A DNA stretch of 64,000 nt from Leptolyngbyaceae cyanobacterium (GTDB taxonomy: Bacteria > Cyanobacteriota > Cyanobacteriia > Cyanobacteriales > Nostocaceae), in contig DATNQO010000120.1 of the NCBI GenBank assembly GCA_036704005.1, positions 3,298 through 67,297 on the forward strand, written 5' to 3'. The notes beneath the pieces were generated by a model that searched no databases, had not been told where the DNA came from, and was given only the letters and a program-made list of their open reading frames with translations. Below are positions 28,912 to 38,800 of the stretch, piece after piece. Both the position numbers and the translations under genes were made by a program. The stretch's first letter is position 1; the number at the start of each line of letters is the position of its first letter.

Positions 28912-29821
28912 ATTTTTTTAAATATCGCAGATGGTCTTCCCATTTCTTTAACAGAACTTCTGGAAAAGGTATTTCTCCCTCTAACTGCTTTAACACCTCA
29001 TCTTCAGGAAATTGCCGCAACACTGCAAACCAATCTAACAACTCACTGGTGCTAACTTTTTTACCTGCTTTCCCCTTCTCCATTTTCTGACGTAATTCAC
29101 TAAAACGCTGCACCGCAGCTTCCACTAAATCCGGTGAAGATTCCGAAAAGTGTGACTTGACAATATTAGCTAATTGTGAATATGGAAACTGAATATAATA
29201 AAACAGACAACGCCGCAGGAAAGCGTCTGGTAAATCCTTTTCATCGTTGCTAGTAACGATAATAATTGGAGGGTAATTTGCTTTGACTTCTTCTCCCTTT
29301 TCTTCAATTGTAAATTTCTGTTCATCTAACTCTCGTAACAAATCATTAGGGAAGTCAATATCAGCTTTATCAATTTCATCAATTAAAACTACGGTGCGCT
29401 GTTCATTTTTAAACGCACGTCCCAAAGGCCCCAATTTAATATAATTATCTAAATCCTTGACTTGAGAATTGCTTGCTTCCCCGATGCGAGAAAGTTGAGC
29501 ATCATGCAAGCGTCCAACCGCATCGTAGGTGTAAAGTCCATCTCTCGCCCTGGTTGTAGACTTAATAAACCAAGCTTCATAGGGTAAACCCAATTCGTAA
29601 GCTACCGCTTGCGCTAAAGTCGTTTTACCGCATCCTGGTTCACCTTTGAGCAATAAGGGGCGTTTTTCTAAGAAAATTGCCAGATTAACAGCTTGAATGA
29701 GTTCTGGTGATGGTAAGTAAGGAGTGAGTCCGTACTTTTGGCACTCTTGGGGTGAAATTGGCTTGCCTGTATAATATTGCTTGCCATTGGCAGTGAGTAC
29801 ACTTGCTAAATTTTGATACAT
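28901..29821 (-). CDS. MoxR-type AAA+ ATPase
   Basis: 306 aa. Walker A GEPGCGKT, Walker B VVLIDEIDKAD, sensor-1 IIIVTSN and FLRRC. Confidence 0.8.
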   Translation of the reverse strand: MYQNLASVLTANGKQYYTGKPISPQECQKYGLTPYLPSPELIQAVNLAIFLEKRPLLLKGEPGCGKTTLAQAVAYELGLPYEAWFIKSTTRARDGLYTYDAVGRLHDAQLSRIGEASNSQVKDLDNYIKLGPLGRAFKNEQRTVVLIDEIDKADIDFPNDLLRELDEQKFTIEEKGEEVKANYPPIIIVTSNDEKDLPDAFLRRCLFYYIQFPYSQLANIVKSHFSESSPDLVEAAVQRFSELRQKMEKGKAGKKVSTSELLDWFAVLRQFPEDEVLKQLEGEIPFPEVLLKKWEDHLRYLKKYET

Positions 29822-31371
29822 TGGGTAAAAACCTTTTCACAATCAATACTAAAAAAACTACAAATTTCTTCAAAGACAAATTGGGGAATACCTTGACAAG
29901 ACTTTTGAAACAATATTTCAGATGTCAATTTATCAAATTCGACTTCTATATCACTACGCTGCATCACAACTTCTGTTATCCATTCTTCAAGAATTTCCAG
30001 GGAAAAACTATCTACTGCGGGTAAGTATAGAGGTATTCGTGGGTCTAGAGGTTGAGGAGTTGTTGATACATTAATATTTGACTGGTGTACTTTGCCGCCA
30101 TGATCTACTAAAAACATAAACAAGTGAGTAGATTTTTTAGGTGGATTTTCTTTTCCGATATTTACCAATGGCTGCCAAAACTCCTCTAGCCAAGCAGATA
30201 AAATTTCTGGTTGTAAGCAATCTACTTTATTAAATATGAAAACCATATCTTGAGTCTGCCAGCGATCGCAAATTTTCTCCAAAATTTCGGAGGTAGAAAT
30301 TGGATGTACATGAAAATAACGTCCTAATTGCGTCCATAAGCGTTCTATATCTCTGTAACCTACATCAATGACAATTGGCTTGTTTTTCAAACTTGGTATC
30401 ATACGAAATAACTTAGCCAGCAAAACTTCTAATCCACACTCAGGTGCGTGATGAACTAAGAAGCCTGCTGTAAAGTAGCTTTTCATTACCTTCTTGACTA
30501 TATTTGTCTGTTGTTTAAAATCTACTTGTAAGAGTAAATCAAATATTAAAGTATGTTTCGTGTTTTGAGAAAGATTCGTTGTTTCTGACTGAGGTTTAGC
30601 CTTTCCTTGAATCAGCTTAATAGCTTCGCCGTGGTTGCTAATTACTGGGGATTGGGGAATTTTAGCCAAATTGTAATATCTTTGTAGGTTCTGCTCAACC
30701 GAATCTGCAAGCTTCAGGTTTGTAATCCAGTCCCCTTCTGTAACTCGATGAGGGTTAAGTCCCGCTAAAATAGCACCTGTAAGTACCCCATGTTTACCAT
30801 CTAACTGCTGATAGGCAACTTCATAGTCACGGGATGCAGCAATCAAGAAGCGATCGCAACCAGAACTATGTCTTTCCAGTTCAGTATCTTGGAAATTTAG
30901 TAATTCTCCAGCAAAACAGCAATCAAGCCAGATAATCTGCTGTTTAACCTTACTTCGGTGCAATATATCCCATAAATCTCGTAGCGAAAAACCCCATTGA
31001 TTTTTGCTAGGACAACTATCACTAGCTGCTAAATAACCATACGTTAACTCTTGGCTTAATTGCTTACGCAGTCCATGTCCAGTAAAAAATAGTAGTGCTG
31101 TTTCTGGAGGTTTTTCGGTCTTCGGGAGGAATAGATCGAGAATTGCTTGTTCTAGTTCTTCTGTCTTAACTAGTTTATCTGGATCAACCTGCATCCCGTC
31201 TATATTGCTGGCTGGAAATCGCTTAACTCGGAAGTTCCCGTGGGTTTCTAGAATTTGAGCGATCGCTTCCGCATCCCCGGCTGGCGTAGTTAGGTGCTTG
31301 GCTTTACTTGTCGGTGTATCCTTTAAAGATGGATATTGATTGACCCCAACTACAATTGCTTCTCTTCTCAT
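29806..31371 (-). CDS. caspase-like (C14-type) peptidase fused to a degenerate P-loop-NTPase-like region and a short C-terminal domain
   Basis: 521 aa. His in LLFFTGHG (H99), Cys in IIWLDCCFAG (C151). aa ~275-430 have NTPase-like strand/helix spacing, but the Walker-A position reads HHAPECGLE. Confidence 0.7.
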   Translation of the reverse strand: MRREAIVVGVNQYPSLKDTPTSKAKHLTTPAGDAEAIAQILETHGNFRVKRFPASNIDGMQVDPDKLVKTEELEQAILDLFLPKTEKPPETALLFFTGHGLRKQLSQELTYGYLAASDSCPSKNQWGFSLRDLWDILHRSKVKQQIIWLDCCFAGELLNFQDTELERHSSGCDRFLIAASRDYEVAYQQLDGKHGVLTGAILAGLNPHRVTEGDWITNLKLADSVEQNLQRYYNLAKIPQSPVISNHGEAIKLIQGKAKPQSETTNLSQNTKHTLIFDLLLQVDFKQQTNIVKKVMKSYFTAGFLVHHAPECGLEVLLAKLFRMIPSLKNKPIVIDVGYRDIERLWTQLGRYFHVHPISTSEILEKICDRWQTQDMVFIFNKVDCLQPEILSAWLEEFWQPLVNIGKENPPKKSTHLFMFLVDHGGKVHQSNINVSTTPQPLDPRIPLYLPAVDSFSLEILEEWITEVVMQRSDIEVEFDKLTSEILFQKSCQGIPQFVFEEICSFFSIDCEKVFTQCIKI

Positions 31372-31417
31372 ACTAACTAATTTTCACCGTACCAAGTATC
31401 ACAAAATACCCACTTTA

Positions 31418-33628
31418 ATGAATACTTCCGTTCCCAAAACTCTACTAGCTTTTTTACTGGCGCTCAAAGAATTGGAAGTTCCGTTGAGCAAAGATGAACA
31501 AGAGCTTTTGCATGATATAGGAAATCAACTTAAACTAGCTCCTGATGATTGGGATCTGATTGAAGCCGAATTAATCGCTATTATTCAAGCAAACTCCGTA
31601 CTAAATCATATTTATGAGTATAACAAAGTCAAATTAGATGCTTTAGAGGGAAGTTTCCCTAGAGAATTGTTACCAAGTCTAGCTGACTTAGAGAAAGAAT
31701 TATTTGCGGACACAAGAGAAATCATCACTTTTGACGGTCAAACTAAAGGTGAACCTAACAATCAACCAAACCTATTAATTAGCCTGACCAGTTCTATCCT
31801 GCTTACTGATAACCAAGACAACATTATAAAACAGCTACCTTTCATACAAAATATTGCTGAGTATGTAGAAAAATATCGTTACTTTAATACTTACTTTGTT
31901 AAACCTGATGAGGATGGGCGATGTGATAATTTCACAACAGTACCACCCAGTCAACCTTTAATACACGGACAAACTTATTTATTATGTGTAGATATCAGCC
32001 CAGAACGAAAAGGCATAGAAAGTGAGCCTATGCCCTTTCCAGAGCAAGCCTTGGCTGAGGTTTGGCATGACTCAGAATCCTTACCTCTTGATTTAGTCGT
32101 GGCTTCCAAGGATTTTAACATTGATGCAACTGTCAAAAAACTAACCCTACCCCGCACTGGTGCATCAGAGATTGTACAGTTCACGATTAAACCTAACTTG
32201 TTTGAAGGTCGGGGTTACATTCACATAGACTTGTTATATCGCGGATATCTGCTTCAGTCCAAGCAAATCACAGTCCTTATCATCCCCATAGCAGGAGCCG
32301 AAATCCCGGAATCACTGCGCCCACCGCAAACCGCTAAGATAACCTTTACCACCACAGACTTACTGACTCATGAAAAGCTAGCACTGTTGCCTGAGCGATT
32401 CTTCACTGTAGATGTACAGGTAGATACAAGAGATGGTAGCACTGACCTGCGCTTTCTCGACAGAACACAGGGCAATGAAGAATTATTGTCTTACAGTACC
32501 AATTTACAATCTGGGCTGGGGAATGCGATCGCCAGAATCCGGCAAAAATTGCACTCAATGGCGACGGCTTATAAGTTTAAAACTCAAGGCGATATGCAGC
32601 TTCTAAATACTTGGCTACCTCAGTTAGCTGATGCTGGACACTCTTTATATCGCTCACTACTTGATAAAAACAAAGGTCTAACATTAGGTGAAGATAGAGG
32701 CGAAAAATTAAGCGCCGCCTTGAAACCCGATAGCGTCATCCAAATTAACCCGATTAACCCTATTTTAGGATTGGGAAAGTCTACCATTCCTTGGGCGTTA
32801 CTATACGAGCGTAAAGTAATGACCAGTAAAGAAAATCATGTCTGCAAAGAGTTTCTCAATCACGACATCGACTGTACTGATTGCCCTTTTAAAAATAATT
32901 ATAAAGTTGTTTGCCCTCATGCTTTTTGGGGCTACCGCTATGCTATTGAGCAATTACCAGCTTGGACAATTAGCGAAGGTTCTCAAACGCCTAGCCTTGT
33001 ATGGCAAATTGCTAACAATCAACCTTTATATATTAATTTCAACGTCTGGCGAGATTTTAGGTTTTGGCAAAACCACCTACCTAAAATTGAACAACTTGGT
33101 TCCGTGAAAATATTAATAGCTGAAGAAATAAACGACTTGGAACTAATTTGGTCAAATCACAGTTCAGACTTAGATATTATCTACTTTTATTGTCATGGAG
33201 GCATAGACGAAACTGAAAATTTGCCCTACTTGCAACTGAGCGATGACAAAATTTACAGTAATTTTATCGAAGCCTGTGAGGTAAACTGGCAGCATCGCCC
33301 TTTAGTTTTACTCAACGGTTGCGCTACAGGTGATTATGGCCCTGATAGTTACATCAGCTTAATTGATGACTTTCGTGTAGCTGGCGCTAGTGGTGTCATT
33401 GGTACAGAATGTCCTATACCAGAGTTATTTGCAGAACTTTATGCTGTCACTCTGCTGAAACGGGTATTTCGGGGCGAACCTTTAGGAAAAGCTATGCTGA
33501 CAGTGCGGCGAGAAATGCTTCAGCAAAACCTCAATCCTTTGGGTTTACTGTATTCATTGTATGCTCCTTATGAGATTGCTTTAGCTCGTGCGTTGGCGCA
33601 GCCCGCCGTAGGCATCGCCCCTAATTAA
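31418..33628 (+). CDS. CHAT-domain (caspase-fold) protease with unknown N-terminal region
   Basis: C-terminal IIYFYCHGG (His codon 33194-33196) and LVLLNGCATG (Cys codon 33320-33322). Cys cluster C-x9-C-x2-C-x9-C-x-H at 32843-32920. ATG 31418 preferred over TTG 31340. Confidence 0.75.
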   Translation: MNTSVPKTLLAFLLALKELEVPLSKDEQELLHDIGNQLKLAPDDWDLIEAELIAIIQANSVLNHIYEYNKVKLDALEGSFPRELLPSLADLEKELFADTREIITFDGQTKGEPNNQPNLLISLTSSILLTDNQDNIIKQLPFIQNIAEYVEKYRYFNTYFVKPDEDGRCDNFTTVPPSQPLIHGQTYLLCVDISPERKGIESEPMPFPEQALAEVWHDSESLPLDLVVASKDFNIDATVKKLTLPRTGASEIVQFTIKPNLFEGRGYIHIDLLYRGYLLQSKQITVLIIPIAGAEIPESLRPPQTAKITFTTTDLLTHEKLALLPERFFTVDVQVDTRDGSTDLRFLDRTQGNEELLSYSTNLQSGLGNAIARIRQKLHSMATAYKFKTQGDMQLLNTWLPQLADAGHSLYRSLLDKNKGLTLGEDRGEKLSAALKPDSVIQINPINPILGLGKSTIPWALLYERKVMTSKENHVCKEFLNHDIDCTDCPFKNNYKVVCPHAFWGYRYAIEQLPAWTISEGSQTPSLVWQIANNQPLYINFNVWRDFRFWQNHLPKIEQLGSVKILIAEEINDLELIWSNHSSDLDIIYFYCHGGIDETENLPYLQLSDDKIYSNFIEACEVNWQHRPLVLLNGCATGDYGPDSYISLIDDFRVAGASGVIGTECPIPELFAELYAVTLLKRVFRGEPLGKAMLTVRREMLQQNLNPLGLLYSLYAPYEIALARALAQPAVGIAPN

Positions 33629-33643
33629 TTGTCTGATACCATC

Positions 33644-35296
33644 ATGAAACGCTGGATTACTGCTGCATTACTAATTTTACTTGTTTGTCCTGCTCCTGCT
33701 ATTGCTCAAACTAACGTCAAAATTGAAATCGATGCTAAAGATAAGCCTTTAGAAATTAAAGGTTGGCTGGGTGAAGAGAATAGTTTAATTAGCAATATCC
33801 GATTAACCGCTTCTGGGGGAAACATCACATCTTGGACATTTCTACCCTCAGACTTGAAGCGCCAAGAGGGAGATGAGGTATTAGGCCGACAACAGGTAGA
33901 ATTAATAGGCGATCGCAAGTTAGAAGCTGGACTACCAAAGGATTTCCAGGTGAAACTTAACGGTGTTAAGTTACCAGGAACTTACCAAGGACAACTGGAA
34001 ATACTTCTACCCAATCAAAAGCGGTCTGAAGCTTTGGTAATTCCTTTAACAGTGACAGCAAAAGCCAAACCTGCATTAGTACCAGCCAAAGATTCAGAAC
34101 AATTGCAACTACAATTAGTCCGATGCAGTTGGGACTGTGGTTTAGCGCAGTTATTACTTCCTGCGAGTGCTTTCCAAAGTCAAAGACTAATTTATTTAGA
34201 TAATCCTAATCAAGCAACTGTATCTCTGACCAGTGCAGAAGTAATTTTACAAGGGAAATTAACAAACTATCAAATTACCAATACTGAGGTAGAACCACCA
34301 GTAAGTCCCCAAACTTTAGCTGCGAATAAAATTATTAGTTTGCCTTTGAAGTGGGAGCGATCGCAAATTCCCCCCGACAGATATACTGGAGCAGTTTACC
34401 TGACAATGGAAGGTAGAGAAGGAAGACTATCAATTCCCATAGATTTAAGTATGCGGACTGGCCCAGCCATACCAATTTTAGTGTTATTGCTGGGTATTTT
34501 GTTGGGTAGGTTGTTTAAATATATGCAGGAAAAGGGGATTCCACAATCGGATGCTTTGGCGAAAGTCTATGAACTAGAGAACTTGATTAGTCAAGCCGAC
34601 CCCCAAGACCAAGAAATTCTCAGTCCGATGATTAATCAAGTCCGAAGTTCAGTTACTCAAATGGATTTAGAAACAGTAAATGCAGATTTAGCCATCATTA
34701 AAGAGCGTTTCAACTCCTTAGATAAGCTAAGAAAAATCGAACAGCAGTTACAAGATATGAAACAAGACCCTGATGTGGGTGGTGATAACGGAATATTAGC
34801 CAAAATTAATGAAGCTCGAAAGAACATTAAATTAGAAAAGGATAATCAAGCTCAAGAATTGCTGCAACAAATACAGGATAGTATCATCCAACTCCAGAAG
34901 AATGTAATGATGGGAGGAAATCAACCACCTGATCCTAGTTTGATAATAGCCGCAAATGAAGCTGCTGAGGCTAGAAAATATGCTGAAGCTATACAAGCTC
35001 AGAAACTTAAAACTCCTCGGTTTGTTTGGTGGAGAAGACCTTTAATAGTTATAGCTGGAGTATCTAACGAATTACGAGCAGAAGCTACTTTGTGGGTGGT
35101 GCGACCACTGTTATCTTTAACTTTGTTATTAGGATTGTCCCTAGTAGGGTTACGTGCTTTGTATGTAGAAAAGGGGTTAACCTTTGGTGCTAACCCCTTT
35201 TCTGATTATGTGGAATTAATATTATGGGGATTGAGTGCAGATGTCGCTAGTCGGAGTTTGAGTAATTTGGCGGGGGGAGAGGAAAAGAAAGAGTAG
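33644..35296 (+). CDS. signal-peptide membrane protein with beta-rich N-region, coiled coil and C-terminal TM helices
   Basis: MKRWITAALLILLVCPAPAIAQ signal, TM at AIPILVLLLGILLG, long charged helical region, and two further hydrophobic segments. Starts 15 nt after the CHAT stop. Confidence 0.6.
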   Translation: MKRWITAALLILLVCPAPAIAQTNVKIEIDAKDKPLEIKGWLGEENSLISNIRLTASGGNITSWTFLPSDLKRQEGDEVLGRQQVELIGDRKLEAGLPKDFQVKLNGVKLPGTYQGQLEILLPNQKRSEALVIPLTVTAKAKPALVPAKDSEQLQLQLVRCSWDCGLAQLLLPASAFQSQRLIYLDNPNQATVSLTSAEVILQGKLTNYQITNTEVEPPVSPQTLAANKIISLPLKWERSQIPPDRYTGAVYLTMEGREGRLSIPIDLSMRTGPAIPILVLLLGILLGRLFKYMQEKGIPQSDALAKVYELENLISQADPQDQEILSPMINQVRSSVTQMDLETVNADLAIIKERFNSLDKLRKIEQQLQDMKQDPDVGGDNGILAKINEARKNIKLEKDNQAQELLQQIQDSIIQLQKNVMMGGNQPPDPSLIIAANEAAEARKYAEAIQAQKLKTPRFVWWRRPLIVIAGVSNELRAEATLWVVRPLLSLTLLLGLSLVGLRALYVEKGLTFGANPFSDYVELILWGLSADVASRSLSNLAGGEEKKE

Positions 35297-35300
35297 GTGA

Positions 35301-35804
35301 TTAGATAATAGGTGCATGAGGGCCTACATCACCCCCTGAAAAAGGTTGATTCTCTTTTATTCGCTCTTCCAAAAGAGTTGATAGTTCTTCTGGAGTTTTC
35401 ACCCATAATCTTTCAATATTAGAACTTTCTGATGTGTTCAGAAGTTCTTTGATGTAATTTTCTTGTTCTGTAGTCACAGCTACAGGTAAATCTGGTGTAC
35501 CCACAATAGTAATTGTTGGATAATACAGGGCTTCAGCAATAGTAAAGCCAAATCGACAGCGAAATTTATTAAAATATTGCCAACTGGCTTGAATCCAAGG
35601 GATAGGAACTATTTCGGTTTCATTTTGACCAAATAGAATATATTGTAATAACAAATTATCTACTTTATCGACCAACTCCATAGCTTTAATTATTTTGCAA
35701 GTTGACTCATTGTCAAAAGAAAACTTAACTTGTTTAGTATCTTCGTCTATCTTTAATTTTCTTCTAGTCTTTTCAACAGCAATAGAAAAAGGAACTAATT
35801 CCAT
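35301..35804 (-). CDS. hypothetical protein, operon partner of the caspase-STAND gene
   Basis: 167-aa ORF beginning 11 nt after the upstream stop. No family recognised. Confidence 0.5.
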   Translation of the reverse strand: MELVPFSIAVEKTRRKLKIDEDTKQVKFSFDNESTCKIIKAMELVDKVDNLLLQYILFGQNETEIVPIPWIQASWQYFNKFRCRFGFTIAEALYYPTITIVGTPDLPVAVTTEQENYIKELLNTSESSNIERLWVKTPEELSTLLEERIKENQPFSGGDVGPHAPII

Positions 35805-35815
35805 ATTTCATTCTC

Positions 35816-38800
35816 TTATTTAACTATAGGTTTATTAGAACGATAGACTCCTTGATCTGTCCCAATCCACAGATATTTATCCGTCCCCAAAATCATATTA
35901 TAAACTTTCTTAACTTGACCGTTTTTGATAGAAATATTTACCCAATTATTGTCTATATGGTTATATAAAGAAATATGGTTTTTATTTGTCAGAGCTAATA
36001 TTGATTTATTAGGTAAAATGATTAAATCTAATATAGTACTGCCTAATGTAGAGTAATTACTTATATCGTTATTTTTCAACCTGGAGTCACTGGAAACATT
36101 CGTGATCATACTCACATTTCCATTAAAGTCACCAATGGCTAAGGTTCTTTGCTCAGAATTAAAATTTAATGTTCTGAAATCTCTAAATGGTAATTTAAAA
36201 CCATCCTGTTGTTTTTCATGGTAACATATAGGTTGATCATTACCTATACCCATACGGATAAGAGCCTCTGGTGCAGATATCCATAAAGAATTATTATTTT
36301 TATCTATAACTATTTTATCAATATGCAATGATGAAGTAGGTAGGGATTTACATAGCTGATGAATATCTCTGATATATTGCCATCCTCTAGAATTTTGTAT
36401 GTAAAGCCCCTGATCAGTTCCTAACCACAAGTTACCTTGTTTATCTTTAGCTATCGTTAAAATTTCTGTATCATTAGGAATAGATTTAATAGTTTTAAAT
36501 ACCATTTTATCATTATCTAACTTGCCTTTTAGCACACCTAATTCTTTAACTCCAACCCAAATTTCTTCTCCTTCAGCCCAAATAGCACTGACTTTTTTTT
36601 CCGGTAAATATTTACTTAAAATATGAGTTTGCATATTGTACTGCCATAAACCTAGACCATGTTTTCTCAACAATCCATTATGGAAATATCTCTTAGGCGA
36701 ATATGCTGCCATCCACAATGATTTATTAGTAATAATTAACTTTTCTATGGAAAAATTCACTGTTTCTTGAATGGGCGAGGTTTGATTGATTGCTTGTTTT
36801 AAATTTTCTATTTCATTTTTCTTGGTTAGTATTTCTGTTGTTTTTACTAACTGAATACTCAGCATTATAGAAAATCCCGTAGTCATACATAAAGCAAAAA
36901 TTAAACCTATAAAAGTGTTTTTTCGCCGACGATTCTTTATAAATTCTTGTCTATCTGTTTCTATGCGACTAATTTTAATAAACTCTTGCGCTAAACTAGA
37001 TAAATGTATGATTCTGAAATTCTTTTCTAAAAAATATTCAACTTCAGCTAGTTTTTTTCCTTGTAATAGATAAGCTGATTCAAACATCTTACCTTTATCT
37101 TCCCATTCTTCGGCAGCAGCCTGGATCCTGCGCTCAGTTCTAATCGCCTCCCGATTATTATCCAGCAACTTTTGCAACCTTGACCAATGGCGAATTAAGG
37201 CTTCATGCGCTACATCCACTACCGCCACCTTCTCCTCACCTCGACGTTGTTCGCTAGTAACAATTAACTTAGCCTGTGCCAATTTTTGAATTACTTGCTT
37301 TACCAACTGTGCAGATTTACCCAACGAATCTAAATCTCGCTGCGGAACTTGCTTACGTGTATCTGGTGTCCCTTCCCCTAACTGAGTTAAATTAATAAAA
37401 ATCAAATCTGCTATTTTTTGTTCTTCAGCCGATAGTTGTTTGTAAGTTTGTTCTGCCAGATTTTCTAGAGTTTTTCGCACCCCACCTAATTGATGATAAC
37501 TGTCTAGCTTCAACCAATTTAATGTCTGCCGTTGCCAAAGTTGTTCTAAAGTATATGACAATAAAGGCAACATTCCCGGTTCAGGTTCTTGTGGGGAATC
37601 TTCAACAGCAACTCCCAAATCTTGGAGAATAGCATTAATGAGATTTTCTTCCACCTTCCGCCCTAGTTTGGCTGCTGGTTCTCTGATGACTCGCTGCAAC
37701 TCTTCTAAAGACATGGGAGTTACCATCAGCAAATTGCTTTGAATTAAATCAGCCAGTTGATGATGTGTAGCACATTTACCTAAAAAGTCATCACGCATGG
37801 CAAATATCAGGCAGAGTTTATCTTCTGTCTGTTTGAGCGCACCTAATAAACTAGAAATAAAATGTTGTCGGTCAGTTGGGTTTTGACAAAGGGTAAAAAT
37901 CTCTTCAAATTGATCGACAATTAGTAGGGTACGGGGCGATCGCGCTGCTTTAATTAATCTTGCCACTCCCGTTGCACCTTGAGCGATCGCATCTTCTGCT
38001 ATTTTTAGCTGTTCTGCACGCTGAATATCTGTGACTGACTCATCAAGAAATACCGTGGCTAAACTTACCAAAGGTCGCTCTGTGGGAGTCAACACCCGAA
38101 TCTTCCATTGTTCTGTCTCTGGTAATCTACGTTCCTGTTGTAATTGGTATATCAACCCCGCTCGTAGTAAGGAAGATTTCCCACTCCCCGACACCCCCAA
38201 GACTGCCAAAAAGTTGCCTTTACCCACCTGAATGTGCTGGATGAGCTTTTGGGTTAATAATTCTCGCCCATAAAAATAAGCTGCATCTTCAACATCAAAG
38301 AAACGTAATCCTTTGTATGGACAAACTCCCTCTGGGATGTGGATGAGAGTATTTTCCCGTTCCCCAGTGAGAATAATTTCCCGGTTGGGATTATACCATA
38401 TCGGTTGTTGGGGAATCTCCTTGAGTGTTTGGGAAATAAACTCAATTAATTTGTCATTGTTGACCAAACCATCTGGCTGTTGTCTGGGGTCTAGTCCTTG
38501 CCATAGTGCTTGAGAAAATACCCCATGCTGTCCTGCAATATCTTCCTCTGCAACTTCAAATTCTCTGGATGCCGCGATGAAAAATCGCGTCTGTTCTTGA
38601 GGCGATGTACCTAAATCTGCTTCTCGAAAATTAAATAACTCTCCACTGTAGCAACAGTCAAGCCAGACTATTTGCTGCTTGAGAGGGCTTTTTTGCAACA
38701 GTTCTCGCAACCATCGCAGGGAAACACCCCATTGATTCTTGCGGGGGTCAACGTCACTGGTAGCTAAAAAACCTTCTGTGACTCCGCCGCGATTTTTGCG

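Noticed and set aside
31340-31417. TTG start giving a 762-aa CHAT protein
   Set aside because: It would overlap the divergent caspase gene by 32 nt and add a non-conserved-looking, hydrophobic/basic 26 aa. ATG 31418 is more plausible.
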